A DNA stretch of 64,000 nt. Source: Dehalococcoidia bacterium. GTDB taxonomy: Bacteria > Chloroflexota > Dehalococcoidia > Lucifugimonadales > Australimonadaceae. The translations under genes and the position numbers were made by a program. The notes beneath the pieces are model-generated. The model ran no database searches and was not told where the DNA came from. It saw only the letters and a program-made list of their open reading frames with translations. Positions 8,953 to 18,549 of the stretch are shown here, piece after piece. Location of the stretch: the NCBI GenBank assembly GCA_034421335.1, contig DAOUKL010000102.1, positions 2,292 through 66,291 on the forward strand. The letters run 5' to 3'. Position 1 is the first letter of the stretch, and every line of letters begins with the position of its first letter.

Positions 8953-9576
8953 ATGACGCCTGACGACCGCCAGCGCCGCCGAGAAGGATCGCGGCGGGCC
9001 CAGTCGGCGCGCGAGCGCCGGGCTGCGGCTCAGCAGCGAAGCCGTGGGAAGGGCGCCATCTACGCCATCGTCGGCGCCGTCCTCATCGCCGCGGCCATCG
9101 CCGTTTTCGCGCTCACGCGCGCCGGCGAAGGAGAAGTCGGCTACGCGGTGGAGCTGCTGCCGGCGTCGCACAATCCTCCTTACGTGTGGATACAGGAAAT
9201 CGACGCGGTCCCCGGCCGCATCCCGCCAACCTCGGGGCATCACTACGACCTCCCCCACCAGGGATGGGGATTCCTGGGCGAGCCGCTGGTCCCGGAACGC
9301 GTGCTCCACAATATGGAGCACGGCGGCGTGGTGTACTGGTACCAGCCGGACGACCCGGAACTGGCCGGCGCCGTGAACCGGCTCGTCCGCGAGACGGGCG
9401 CCCGGTGCGTCGTGGCCGGGTCGTATTCCGACATGGCGTACAACGTTGCGGCGACCGTTTGGGGGCGGGTGCTGCCGCTGGAGCAGTTCGATTCCGAGCA
9501 GTTGCTCGAGTTCACGAACGCGTACCGCGGCACGCAGGGCCCGGAGGCGGGGCTCTGCAACCGGGAGGCGTACTAG
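8953..9576 (+). CDS. DUF3105 domain-containing membrane-anchored protein
   Basis: Basic N-terminus plus a TM segment, then ...PPTSGHHY...HNMEHGGVVYWYQPDDPE..., recalled as the DUF3105 signature. This family commonly sits next to ccdA. Confidence 0.7.
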   Translation: MTPDDRQRRREGSRRAQSARERRAAAQQRSRGKGAIYAIVGAVLIAAAIAVFALTRAGEGEVGYAVELLPASHNPPYVWIQEIDAVPGRIPPTSGHHYDLPHQGWGFLGEPLVPERVLHNMEHGGVVYWYQPDDPELAGAVNRLVRETGARCVVAGSYSDMAYNVAATVWGRVLPLEQFDSEQLLEFTNAYRGTQGPEAGLCNREAY

Positions 9577-9703
9577 GGACTTCTCCTCGTTCAGGTGGTC
9601 ATTCGTGCGCAGGCCGTTAACATCGCCTTAAGCGGAGGGCAATAGAAGCGGCTTAGAATGGCCCCGGATAGGAGAGACGCCCGAAGGGGCGGAGAGGGCA
9701 AGC

Positions 9704-10390
9704 ATGAGCAACTCCGTTCTGGTCGTCGAAGACGAGGAGAACCTCCTCGAAGCGCTGAAGTACAACCTGGAGCGCGAGGGTTACCTCGTCCTCACCGCGG
9801 AGGACGGCGCCACCGGACTTGAGACCGCGCGCGCCGCGTCGCCCGACCTCGTGGTCCTCGACGTGATGCTCCCGGAGATGGACGGCCTCGAGGTCTGCCG
9901 TATCCTCCGGCGCGAGAACGACGTGCCGATCCTCATGCTCACCGCCAAGGGCGAGGAGATCGACCGGGTTGTCGGGCTCGAGCTCGGCGCCGACGACTAC
10001 GTCGCCAAGCCGTTCAGCATGCGCGAACTGATGGCCCGCGTGCGGGCGATGCTGCGGCGACCCCGGCAGTCCGCCGAAGGGCGCTCCTCCAAACCGCTCC
10101 GCTCCGGCGGGCTCGAGGTCGACGTCGAGGCGCATCAGGCCATGCTCAACGGGCAGGAGTTGAAGCTGAAGCCGCGCGAGTTCGACCTGCTCAGCCTGTT
10201 CATGAGAAACCGGGGCCGAGCCTACACGCGCGACGAAATCCTCTCCCAACTGTGGGGGCACGACTACATCGGCGACATCCGCACCGTGGACGTTCACGTG
10301 CGCTGGTTACGCGAGAAGATCGAGGCCGACCCCGCCTCCCCGGCCCGCATCATCACCATTCGCGGCCACGGCTACCGCTTCGAGGGCTGA
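9704..10390 (+). CDS. OmpR/PhoB-family response regulator (Pho-type)
   Basis: 228 aa. Receiver domain (VLVVEDEENL...DLVVLDVMLPEMDG...LTAKG) followed by a winged-helix domain (LKPREFDLL...TVDVHVRWLREKI). It is adjacent to a PhoR-like kinase and pstSCAB-phoU. Confidence 0.9.
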   Translation: MSNSVLVVEDEENLLEALKYNLEREGYLVLTAEDGATGLETARAASPDLVVLDVMLPEMDGLEVCRILRRENDVPILMLTAKGEEIDRVVGLELGADDYVAKPFSMRELMARVRAMLRRPRQSAEGRSSKPLRSGGLEVDVEAHQAMLNGQELKLKPREFDLLSLFMRNRGRAYTRDEILSQLWGHDYIGDIRTVDVHVRWLREKIEADPASPARIITIRGHGYRFEG

Positions 10391-10401
10391 GGGGCCCGCG
10401 C

Positions 10402-11775
10402 ATGGGCGGACGAAGCCGGCTCTTGCTCACCGTCGCCGCGCTCGCCGCGCTGCTTGCCGCGGCTGGCCTGGCGTTCGCCGCGTCAGAACCGCTTGTGGGC
10501 GTCCTCGTTCTCGCCGGCGCCCTTGCCCACCTGCTATGGGCATTGTCCGCCCGCCGCAGCGACTCCGCCGCCCGCGCAGATGGCGCCGCCCTTGGGGGCG
10601 CTATCGCCGAAGTAGCCGAAGGCAACTTCAGTGTGCGCGCAGGCGCCCTGGCGTCCGAGGCGCTCAAGCCGCTGCAGGACGCCTTCGATGCGATGGCGGC
10701 GGCGCTCGCCGACCTGTTCGGCCTGCTCTCGGCCAACGGCGAGCAACTCGCCGCCGTGCTCGACACCATGGCCGACGGCGTGGCGGTGGTCGACAACGAC
10801 AACCGGCTCGCGCTGACGAACGCCTCCGCCCAGTCGCTGCTCGGCCTGGGCGCCGGGACCGGGGCGCGGCTCAGCGCCGCATTCCGTGACCACGAACTGC
10901 ATGCGCTCGTGGCGAAGTGCCGCGCGGAGAACGCCAGGCAGCACGCGGAACTCGACCTACCGAGCGTCCGACGCACCGTCAGCGCCATCGCAACCCCGCT
11001 AGCCCCCGCCGTCGGCGCGCCTGAGACGTCCGTGCTCCTCACCATCCACGACCTCACCAGCCTCCGGCGGCTCGAAACGTCGCGCCGCGAGTTCGTGGCC
11101 AACGTTTCGCACGAGCTGCGCACGCCGCTCGCGTCGATCAAGGCGATGGTCGAGACACTGGAGTCGGGCGCGGTCAACGACCCGGTCATCGCCCCGGACT
11201 TCCTCCAGCGCGCGCTCTGGGAGGTCGACCGCATGAGCGCCATCGTCGACGACCTGCTGGAGCTCTCCCGCATCGAGAATGCGCAGTACGTCGTGCGGCA
11301 AGAGCCGGTGTCGCTCGTGGCCGCCGCCGAGGGAGTGCGCGCCTCGATGGAGCCCCGCGCCGCGGACGCCGGCGTTGAGGTCGTTGTCTCCGCCCACGCG
11401 GACGCTCCCGTGTTCGGCGACGAGGAGAAGCTGCGACGGGTCTTCGCCAACCTCGTCGATAACGCGCTGAAGTTCACCCCGACCGGTGGACGCGTCGAGA
11501 TTCGCATCGGCGCCGGGGCGGGTGACTTGCCGGACGGCCCGGTGCGCGTCGAGGTGCGCGACAACGGCGACGGCATCGCGCCGGAGCACCTGCCCCACCT
11601 GTTCGAGCGGTTCTACAAGGCCGACCGCTCGCGCCGGGGCAAGGGCACCGGCCTCGGTCTCGCCATCGTGAAAGGCATCGTGGAGTCGCACGGTGGCGAG
11701 ATCGGCGTCGAGAGCGAGCTCGGCGCCGGCGCCACGGTGTGGTTCACGCTGCCGTCCGGGCAGCCGGGCGACTAG
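10402..11775 (+). CDS. Sensor histidine kinase, PhoR/SenX3-like
   Basis: Starts MGGRSRLLLTV... with TM segments and a PAS-like region. H-box FVANVSHELRTPL, N box NLVDNALKF, G boxes DNGDGI and GTGLGLAIV. Confidence 0.9.
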   Translation: MGGRSRLLLTVAALAALLAAAGLAFAASEPLVGVLVLAGALAHLLWALSARRSDSAARADGAALGGAIAEVAEGNFSVRAGALASEALKPLQDAFDAMAAALADLFGLLSANGEQLAAVLDTMADGVAVVDNDNRLALTNASAQSLLGLGAGTGARLSAAFRDHELHALVAKCRAENARQHAELDLPSVRRTVSAIATPLAPAVGAPETSVLLTIHDLTSLRRLETSRREFVANVSHELRTPLASIKAMVETLESGAVNDPVIAPDFLQRALWEVDRMSAIVDDLLELSRIENAQYVVRQEPVSLVAAAEGVRASMEPRAADAGVEVVVSAHADAPVFGDEEKLRRVFANLVDNALKFTPTGGRVEIRIGAGAGDLPDGPVRVEVRDNGDGIAPEHLPHLFERFYKADRSRRGKGTGLGLAIVKGIVESHGGEIGVESELGAGATVWFTLPSGQPGD

Positions 11776-11844
11776 CCCGGAGCGCCGGCGCGCTCGCCGC
11801 CTCCTCGCCGTGTCCAGCAGACCCGGAGGCGCGCCCGGGCAACG

Positions 11845-11890
11845 GTTAACCTGCCGATAACGCGTGCTGGCGTCCGTCGTTAACGTTCCT
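11845..11890 (+). promoter_or_regulatory. Putative PHO box (direct repeats with ~11-bp phasing) upstream of pstS
   Basis: GTTAAC at 11845, GATAAC at 11856 (11-bp spacing) and GTTAAC at 11879. They lie 40-85 nt upstream of the pstS start and directly downstream of the RR/HK pair. Confidence 0.4.
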
Positions 11891-11929
11891 TCCGTAGTCT
11901 CGGAGCAACCACCTGACGGGAGGAAAAAC

Positions 11930-12934
11930 TTGAGCCTCATCAAGCACCTTCGAACGAACGCCCTGGCGCTGGCGGCGATGGCCCTCGCCGCGATGGTTAT
12001 CGCGGCGTGCGCAAGCCCCACTCCTACCCCCACTCCGACTCCCACGCCCGACTCCGCCCCAACCACTGTGACGCCCCCCACTCCCACGGCGACGGAGTCC
12101 CTGAGCGGCACCATCCAGATCGACGGATCCTCCACCGTCTTCCCCGTCACCCAGGCCGTCGCGGAGGAGTTCCGTAAGGGACAGTCCGGCGTACAGGTCA
12201 ACGTCGCCGTCTCTGGAACCGGCGGAGGCTTCAAACGCTTCACCACCGGCGAGACCGACATCTCCAACGCCTCAAGGCCCATCAAGGACTCCGAGGCCGA
12301 AGCAGCAGCGGCCAACGGCGTCGAGTTCATCGAGATGCGCGTCGGCACCGACGGACTCTCCGTCATGGTCCACCCCGACAACGACTTCGTCGACTGCCTC
12401 TCCGTCGAGGAACTCAACGCCATCTGGGCCCCGGGCTCCGACATCAACAACTGGCAGGACGTCCGCGCAGGCTTCCCCGACCAGCGGCTACGCCTCTACG
12501 GACCTGACACCGACTCCGGAACTTTCGACTACTTCACCGAAGAGATCAACGGCGAGGCCCAGGTCTCACGCGCCGACTACACCGCATCAGCCGACGACAA
12601 CGTCCTCGTTCAGGGCATCGGCGGCGACCGAGGCTCCCTCGGCTACTTCGGCTACGCCTACTACCAGGAGAACAAGGACAGCCTCAAGGTCATCGGCGTC
12701 GACCCCGGCGACGGATGCGTCGTCCCCGAGCCCGCGACCATAGAGGACGGCTCCTACACTCCCCTCTCACGGCCCCTCTTCATCTACGTCAACGTGGCAA
12801 GCCTCGAGAAGCCTGAGGTGCTCGCCTTCGTCGAGTACTACATGGACCACGGCTACCAGCTGACTGGCGAAGAGGGCTACGTGCCCGTCGACCGGAGCGT
12901 CTACGCCGCCAACAAGGCCGCGGCGGGCCTCTAA
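11930..12934 (+). CDS. pstS: Phosphate ABC transporter substrate-binding lipoprotein
   Basis: TTG start with GGGAGG 6 nt upstream. Lipobox MVIAAC, a PT-repeat linker, then GSSTVFPVTQAVAEEFRK...VSGTGGGFKRF (PstS family). Confidence 0.9.
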   Translation: MSLIKHLRTNALALAAMALAAMVIAACASPTPTPTPTPTPDSAPTTVTPPTPTATESLSGTIQIDGSSTVFPVTQAVAEEFRKGQSGVQVNVAVSGTGGGFKRFTTGETDISNASRPIKDSEAEAAAANGVEFIEMRVGTDGLSVMVHPDNDFVDCLSVEELNAIWAPGSDINNWQDVRAGFPDQRLRLYGPDTDSGTFDYFTEEINGEAQVSRADYTASADDNVLVQGIGGDRGSLGYFGYAYYQENKDSLKVIGVDPGDGCVVPEPATIEDGSYTPLSRPLFIYVNVASLEKPEVLAFVEYYMDHGYQLTGEEGYVPVDRSVYAANKAAAGL

Positions 12935-12947
12935 GCGACCGTTCTCC

Positions 12948-13010
12948 GGGGGACTGCGGTCTTCCTCCCACCGGGTCCGCCCGGCTGGCCGCAGTCCCCC
13001 TTTTCCCTTT
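12948..13010 (+). terminator. Intercistronic hairpin / partial terminator between pstS and pstC
   Basis: 12-bp arms gggggactgcgg (12948-12959) and ccgcagtccccc (12989-13000), followed by ttttcccttt. Confidence 0.5.
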
Positions 13011-13080
13011 CCTGTAACCCCTATCCCTCCCACGGAGAGACGCCCAAAAGGCGGAGGCGCCACTAGACGAGCAGGAAGTT

Positions 13081-14067
13081 GTGATGGACACTACCGCACG
13101 AGATGCCTTCCCCCCACATCCCTTGCAACGCGGACAAACCGTGCGACTGAACCGCGACCGCAAGCGCGGTTCGTTGCAGGGACGCATCGTCCATGCGCTC
13201 TTCTTCGCCTGCGCCGTCATGTCGATCATCACGACGTTCGGCATCGTGGCGAGCCTTCTCAGCCAGGCCCTCGGTTTCTTCCGCGAAATCCCCGTATGGG
13301 ACTTCCTGTTCGGCACGACATGGTCGCCCATCCTGAAGGACGCGGAGGGCAACCGCCACTACGGCGTGCTGCCTCTCGTGAGCGGCACCGTGCTCGTGGC
13401 GACCATCGCCGCCGCGGTGGCCGTGCCCGCCGGGCTCGCCATCGCGATCTACCTGTCGGAGTACGCGCCCGACAAGGTGCGCCGCACCATCAAGCCTGTC
13501 CTCGAAGTGCTCGCGGGCATCCCGACCGTGGTGTACGGCTACTTCGCGCTCACTTTCGTGACGCCCCAACTCCAGAAGATCCCCCTGAGCCCCTTCCGGG
13601 AAGACCTGCTCGTGTTCAACGCCCTGAGCGCCGGACTGGTGATGGGGCTGATGATCATCCCGATGGTGTCGTCGCTCAGCGAGGACGCAATGGTCGCGGT
13701 GCCGAGGTCGCTTCGCAACGCGGCGTACGCGCTCGGCGGCACACGCCTTGAGGTGTCCCTCCGCGTCGTCGTTCCCGCGGCCTTTTCCGGCATCATCGCG
13801 TCGTTCATCCTGGCGTTCTCCCGCGCCATCGGCGAGACGATGCTGGTTACGCTCGCCGCCGGCGCAACACCGCGCCTCACCTTCAATCCCATCGAGAGCA
13901 TCCAGGCGATGACCGCGTTCATCGTGCAGCTCTCGCTTGGCGAGACCCCGCACGGCTCGCTCGAATACAACACCATCTTCGCCGTGGGCCTGCTCCTGTT
14001 CTTCTTCACGCTTGGAATGAATGTGCTCGGCCACTTCCTGGTCCGGCGCTTCCGGGAGGAGTACTAG
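13081..14067 (+). CDS. pstC: Phosphate ABC transporter permease PstC
   Basis: 328 aa polytopic protein with the EAA loop (SEDAMVAVPRSLRNAAYALGGTRLEV). Its position follows pstS. Confidence 0.9.
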   Translation: MMDTTARDAFPPHPLQRGQTVRLNRDRKRGSLQGRIVHALFFACAVMSIITTFGIVASLLSQALGFFREIPVWDFLFGTTWSPILKDAEGNRHYGVLPLVSGTVLVATIAAAVAVPAGLAIAIYLSEYAPDKVRRTIKPVLEVLAGIPTVVYGYFALTFVTPQLQKIPLSPFREDLLVFNALSAGLVMGLMIIPMVSSLSEDAMVAVPRSLRNAAYALGGTRLEVSLRVVVPAAFSGIIASFILAFSRAIGETMLVTLAAGATPRLTFNPIESIQAMTAFIVQLSLGETPHGSLEYNTIFAVGLLLFFFTLGMNVLGHFLVRRFREEY

Positions 14068-14069
14068 CG

Positions 14070-14960
14070 ATGGCCGCGCCGACCATAATCGTCTCCGAAC
14101 TGCGCCCGCGCCTGGAGCGCCGAAAACTCATCGGCGGCGTCGCTTACTTCTTCTTCCTGCTCGCCATCTTCATCGGGCTTGCGGGGCTCGCGTCCCTGCT
14201 CATCCGGGTGCTATGGGAAGGCGTACCGTGGCTGAGCCTGCATTTCATCACCGACTACCCTTCCCGCTTCCCGGAGCAGGCGGGCATGAGGTCCGCCATC
14301 TTCGGTTCGATATGGATCATGGGGCTCACGTTCCTCTTCACCGTGCCGGTCGGCGTCGGAGCCGCCATCTACCTTGAGGAGTACGCCCCCAAGAACTGGT
14401 TCACCCGCGTCATCGAGGTGAACGTGTCCAACCTCGCCGGCGTTCCCTCCATCGTGTATGGACTGCTCGGCCTCGCGGTGTTCGTGCAGATAGCCTCGAT
14501 GGGCCGCACGGTCATCGCCGGAGCGCTCACGATGTCGCTCCTCGTGATGCCGATCGTCATCATCGCCTCCCGTGAGGCGATACGCGCGGTGCCCTCGACC
14601 TACCGCGAGGCATCGTACGGACTCGGGGCGACGAAGTTCCAGACCGTGCGGGACGTCGTGCTGCCCCTGGCCACGCCCGGCATCATGACCGGCACGATCC
14701 TCGCGATGTCGCGCGCCATCGGCGAGGCCGCCCCGATGGTCGCCATCAGCGCGCTCGTGTTCCTCACTTTCATCCCGACCGACCCGTTCGACGAGTTCTC
14801 CGTGATGCCTATCCAGATCTACAACTGGGTCAGCCAGCCGCAGGCGGACTTCCGCGGCATCGCGGCCGCGGGCATCATCATCCTGCTGGGCGTGCTGCTC
14901 TCGATGAATGCAGTGGCGATCTACATCCGCAACCGCACGCAGAAGAGGTCTGAAGAATGA
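14070..14960 (+). CDS. pstA: Phosphate ABC transporter permease PstA
   Basis: 296 aa polytopic protein with the EAA loop ([25 protein letters not shown]). It starts 2 nt after the pstC stop. Confidence 0.9.
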   Translation: MAAPTIIVSELRPRLERRKLIGGVAYFFFLLAIFIGLAGLASLLIRVLWEGVPWLSLHFITDYPSRFPEQAGMRSAIFGSIWIMGLTFLFTVPVGVGAAIYLEEYAPKNWFTRVIEVNVSNLAGVPSIVYGLLGLAVFVQIASMGRTVIAGALTMSLLVMPIVIIASREAIRAVPSTYREASYGLGATKFQTVRDVVLPLATPGIMTGTILAMSRAIGEAAPMVAISALVFLTFIPTDPFDEFSVMPIQIYNWVSQPQADFRGIAAAGIIILLGVLLSMNAVAIYIRNRTQKRSEE

Positions 14961-15748
14961 CTACCGCGCCTCCCACCAACGCGACGGACATTGCGCTCAG
15001 CGTCAAGGACATGGACATGTACTACGGGACGTTCCGCGCCCTGCGGGACATCAACCTCGAAGTGCAGCGCAACGCGGTGACCGCGCTCATCGGCCCCTCG
15101 GGTTCCGGCAAGAGCACGCTTCTGCGCTGCTTCAACCGCATGAACGACCTCATTCCCGGCGCCCGCGTAGCGGGCCAGGTGCTCTTCAACGGCGAGGACA
15201 TCTACCACCCCAGCATCGACCCGACCGAGATACGGCTCCGCGTGGGCATGGTGTTCCAGAAGCCCAACCCCTTCCCGAAGTCTATCTACGACAACGTCGC
15301 GTTCGGGCTCCGCATCAACGGCTTCAGAGGGGACATGGACGAGGCGGTCGAGACGTCGCTCCGCAAGGCCGCCCTGTGGGACGAGGTGAAGGACCGTTTG
15401 AAGGCGAGCGGGCTGACCCTCTCCGGCGGACAGCAGCAGCGCCTCTGCATCGCGCGGGCCGTCGCCGTGCAGCCGGAGGTCATCCTGATGGACGAACCGG
15501 CCTCCGCGCTCGACCCCATCTCGACGCTCGCCATCGAAGACCTCATGCGCGAACTGAAGCGCGACTATACAATCATCGTGGTGACGCACAACATGCAGCA
15601 GGCGGCGCGGGCCTCCGACCGGACAGCCTTCATGACGATGGGGGAGGACCGCGCCGGATATCTCGTCGAGGTCGGGGAGACCACGCAGATATTCACGAAT
15701 CCCAGGGACGAGCGCACCGAGGGCTACATCACCGGCCGGTTCGGCTAG
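14957..15748 (+). CDS. pstB: Phosphate ABC transporter ATP-binding protein PstB
   Basis: Walker [10 protein letters not shown], signature [14 protein letters not shown], Walker B ILMDEP. A 4-nt ATGA overlap joins it to pstA. Confidence 0.95.
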   Translation: MTTAPPTNATDIALSVKDMDMYYGTFRALRDINLEVQRNAVTALIGPSGSGKSTLLRCFNRMNDLIPGARVAGQVLFNGEDIYHPSIDPTEIRLRVGMVFQKPNPFPKSIYDNVAFGLRINGFRGDMDEAVETSLRKAALWDEVKDRLKASGLTLSGGQQQRLCIARAVAVQPEVILMDEPASALDPISTLAIEDLMRELKRDYTIIVVTHNMQQAARASDRTAFMTMGEDRAGYLVEVGETTQIFTNPRDERTEGYITGRFG

Positions 15749-15762
15749 GAAGGGGTGCGGTT

Positions 15763-16440
15763 ATGTTCAACCCACGATCGAGGGCCGAATTCGATCACTC
15801 GCTGCAGGAGTTGCAGGATGGCCTGCTCACGCTCGGCAGCATGGTGGAGAAGGCGATAGCCAAGGCGGTAGGCGCTCTGAAAGACCGCGACCTCGAAGTG
15901 TCGCGCCAGGTGATCCGCGAAGACGACGCCATCGACGCCCGCCGCGCCGAACTTGAAGAGCGCGTGGTCGACCTCATCGCCATCCAGCAGCCCGTCGCGT
16001 TCGACCTGCGCACGCTCATCACCACGCTCCATATCTCGATGGAGCTCGAGCGCATCGGCGACTACGCCGAGGGCATCGGCAAGATCAGCCTGATGATGGG
16101 CGACCAGCCCCCCGTCAAGCCCCTCGTCGACATCCCTCGCATGGCCGAGAAGTCGTCCGCCATGCTCCGCGCCTCCCTCGACGCTCTCGTCAAGCGCGAC
16201 ACCGACCTCGCCTACCAGGTGCTTGCCGACGACGACGAAGTCGACATGCTGTACGACCAGGTCTACCACGAGCTGCTCCTGCTGATGCTGAGCGACCCCA
16301 AGGTGATCGAGCGCGCCACCTACCTGCTCTGGGCCGCCCACGACCTCGAACGCATCGCCGACCGCGCAACCAACATCAGCGAGCAGGTCATCTATCTCGT
16401 AACCGGCAAGATGGCGCCCGGCCAGATCTCCAAGTACTAG
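15763..16440 (+). CDS. phoU: Phosphate signalling regulator PhoU
   Basis: 225 aa starting MFNPRSRAEFDHSLQEL inside a longer artefactual ORF. Two PhoU repeats are visible (..IAKAVGAL..D..A..V; ..ERIGDYAEGI / ..ERIADRATNI). Confidence 0.9.
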   Translation: MFNPRSRAEFDHSLQELQDGLLTLGSMVEKAIAKAVGALKDRDLEVSRQVIREDDAIDARRAELEERVVDLIAIQQPVAFDLRTLITTLHISMELERIGDYAEGIGKISLMMGDQPPVKPLVDIPRMAEKSSAMLRASLDALVKRDTDLAYQVLADDDEVDMLYDQVYHELLLLMLSDPKVIERATYLLWAAHDLERIADRATNISEQVIYLVTGKMAPGQISKY

Positions 16441-16460
16441 GCCGCCCCCCTTCCCCAGTC

Positions 16461-16500
16461 CTCCCTCACAGAGGGAGAGAGCGTACCGTTCTCTCCCTTT
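16461..16500. terminator. Overlapping hairpins in the convergent phoU / membrane-protein gap
   Basis: Hairpin ctccctc-aca-gagggag (16461-16477) overlaps ggagaga-N9-tctctcc (16474-16496), which is followed by cttt. Confidence 0.45.
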
Positions 16501-16555
16501 GAGGAAGATGCCCTACGGGACAAAGAGGGTCTGTGGCGCGGCGGCGCCCGCTCCG

Positions 16556-18058
16556 TCAATGCGTGGTGATGGGCTGGGCGACGATCCACAGGCTGAGCAT
16601 CGTGTAGCCCGTCATCAGAGCGGTCATCGGCAGTTGGGAGCGCAGGGTGAGCGCGCGGGTCGCGAATGTCCGCCGCGCGATGACGTGCGCCGCGTACACC
16701 GCCGCGACGTGACCGACGACGATGGCCCCTACCCCAACGAGCCACGCGAACCGCGCGTTCACCACCCCGATGTCGATCTCGTACCCCGCCGTGCCGAAGA
16801 TGTCCCAGCCGCGTCCGAGCGGGTCGGACGCGAGCGGAATGACCCGCTGGCCCTGGATGAGGAGAAAACTGAGGAAGTGGGCGACGTGGTACGCGAGGGC
16901 TATGGGCGCGAGCGACACGGCGAACCTTCCGATTACGTGGGCGACCGGCTCGTCGGAGCGTCCGAGATTCTGTATGAGGAGTGCGGCAAGGGCGAACGCG
17001 CCAAACAGCAGCAGGGGCGTGACGAACAGGCCGAACGTCTTGACCCCGGTGAAGGCGTGCGCGCCCAGCCAGGTGAACGCGGCGTAGGAGTCGGCGAGGA
17101 ACGCGGCCCATGGCGGCGTCTCCGCGAAGCCGTCGAACGTCACGGTCGAGAGCATGAGCACAAGGAACGCCGACTCGGAAAGGCTGAGGGGCCGCCCGGC
17201 GAGCAGTCCCGCTCCCCAGGGCCGCAGACGCCACTCGCGCCGGTCGGGCGACGCAGCGGCGAACGCCTCGTAGTCGTCGATGACGCACCCATCGCCGTCA
17301 AGAGCGGGCGCGCGTACCTCGGTGGGGGCGAACCGCGCAAAGAAAGCCATGGCTAGCGAGAGCGCCTCCCCGCGCTTCAGCCATGTGTCGCGCCCGTACA
17401 CGAACATGCCGGCGAACGTGAGTCCGGTGTACGCGAGGGCGAGCGTCGCGATGCTGGATGGTATGGCCGCGTCAGGCCACGCTATCTCGGCCCACGCGAA
17501 CACGGCGAAGAGGGCGACCGCCGGCCACGCGCCGAGTTCCTCGGGGTAGTCAGCGCCCAGGCCGAGTGGGCGTCCGGTCGCGCGGCGCCAGGCGGACTCC
17601 GTCCATCCGTAGAGGATCTTCCAGGGGTTGACGAGCGCCCAGATGTTGCCCAACAAGCCGCTCACGTAAGCTAGCCCTACCCAAAAAACGACCCACGTGA
17701 GAGTCGGCGCGAGGTTGCTGTTCGGCTCCGGGCTGCCGGCGAAGCCCGCGGCGAGATACGTTGCGAATACGGCGACCGATGCGAGCTTGATCGTGAACAG
17801 GAGCCGCTTGTCGGCGAGCGCGCGCCCCGCCCGCCAGCGAAGCATGTCCACCGCCGGGTAGCCGTCCCCGGGCGCGCCGCGTCCGAACAGCGCGATGACG
17901 GCGAACGAGAGCGCGACCGCGCTCCCCGCCCCTATCACGTACAGCGTCAGCGGAACGGGAAGGTCGTACCGCTCGCCGAATCCGTGGGCGTACGCCACAG
18001 CCGGAGACGCCGCGAGCAGCAGCGGGCCGAGCAGCGCGAATGCCTTCCAGCGACTCAT
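16556..18058 (-). CDS. Polytopic membrane protein of unknown family, with cleavable signal peptide (…SPAVAYA|HGFGERYDLPVPL)
   Basis: 500 aa. N-terminal signal-like segment, then at least 10 hydrophobic segments and several conserved-looking His (YHVAHFLSF, VGHVAAVYAAHV). It is the last gene of a three-gene minus-strand operon. Confidence 0.75.
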   Translation of the reverse strand: MSRWKAFALLGPLLLAASPAVAYAHGFGERYDLPVPLTLYVIGAGSAVALSFAVIALFGRGAPGDGYPAVDMLRWRAGRALADKRLLFTIKLASVAVFATYLAAGFAGSPEPNSNLAPTLTWVVFWVGLAYVSGLLGNIWALVNPWKILYGWTESAWRRATGRPLGLGADYPEELGAWPAVALFAVFAWAEIAWPDAAIPSSIATLALAYTGLTFAGMFVYGRDTWLKRGEALSLAMAFFARFAPTEVRAPALDGDGCVIDDYEAFAAASPDRREWRLRPWGAGLLAGRPLSLSESAFLVLMLSTVTFDGFAETPPWAAFLADSYAAFTWLGAHAFTGVKTFGLFVTPLLLFGAFALAALLIQNLGRSDEPVAHVIGRFAVSLAPIALAYHVAHFLSFLLIQGQRVIPLASDPLGRGWDIFGTAGYEIDIGVVNARFAWLVGVGAIVVGHVAAVYAAHVIARRTFATRALTLRSQLPMTALMTGYTMLSLWIVAQPITTH

Positions 18059-18066
18059 CGAGCGCT

Positions 18067-18549
18067 CTAGCGGGGCTGGACCTCGAGCGTGGCGATGACG
18101 ATGTCGACCTCCCCGCTCATCGCGCTCATATCATGCGAGCCGTCCGTCCCCTCCATGCCGCCGGACTCCCCGTCCATGCTCTCCATCCCTTCCACGCCGC
18201 TCATATCGTGTGAAACGTCCGCGGGGTGCAGGGCGATCTCGAACCTGCCTGTGGCGTCGGCCTCGAACTCGATGACGCCGCCGCCTCCAGCCTCGACCCG
18301 CGCGCGCAGGTCGTAACCATGCACGTGGAACACGCCTGCGATGTCGGCGGAGACGTTGAAGGTCACGCTGTCGCCCTGCTTGACGACGAACGTGTCGCTG
18401 CCGCTCGTAACCTCGCCGTGCGCGACCGCGAGGTCGAACTCGTGGGACTCGGCGCTCCCCCCGCCGCAAGCCGCCAGCAGCAGCGTCAGAATGGCGGCGA
18501 TTGCCGCCGCGGCTCCTACCCGCGCATAGACGTTGCTTTCCGTTGTCAT
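18067..18549 (-). CDS. Cupredoxin-like lipoprotein with Met/His-rich insert
   Basis: 161 aa starting at MTTESNVY, with GGAG upstream. Lipobox LLLAAC. Beta-rich pattern VVKQGDSVTFNVSAD..VFHVHGYDL..GRFEIALH. The insert HDMSGVEGMESMDGESGGMEGTDGSHDMSAMSG has 6 Met and 2 His in 33 aa. Confidence 0.75.
   Translation of the reverse strand: MTTESNVYARVGAAAAIAAILTLLLAACGGGSAESHEFDLAVAHGEVTSGSDTFVVKQGDSVTFNVSADIAGVFHVHGYDLRARVEAGGGGVIEFEADATGRFEIALHPADVSHDMSGVEGMESMDGESGGMEGTDGSHDMSAMSGEVDIVIATLEVQPR

Noticed and set aside
7993-9321. Long antisense ORFs. Examples are 7993-9321, 10999-12450, 13063-14034, 31173-32849, 32830-34704, 59143-60789, 61246-63567 and 45543-46211.
   Set aside because: They lie opposite well-supported genes and have extreme Arg/Gly/Pro/His-rich, low-complexity composition with no recognisable motifs. 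This is the usual stop-codon-poor artefact of ~70% GC DNA.
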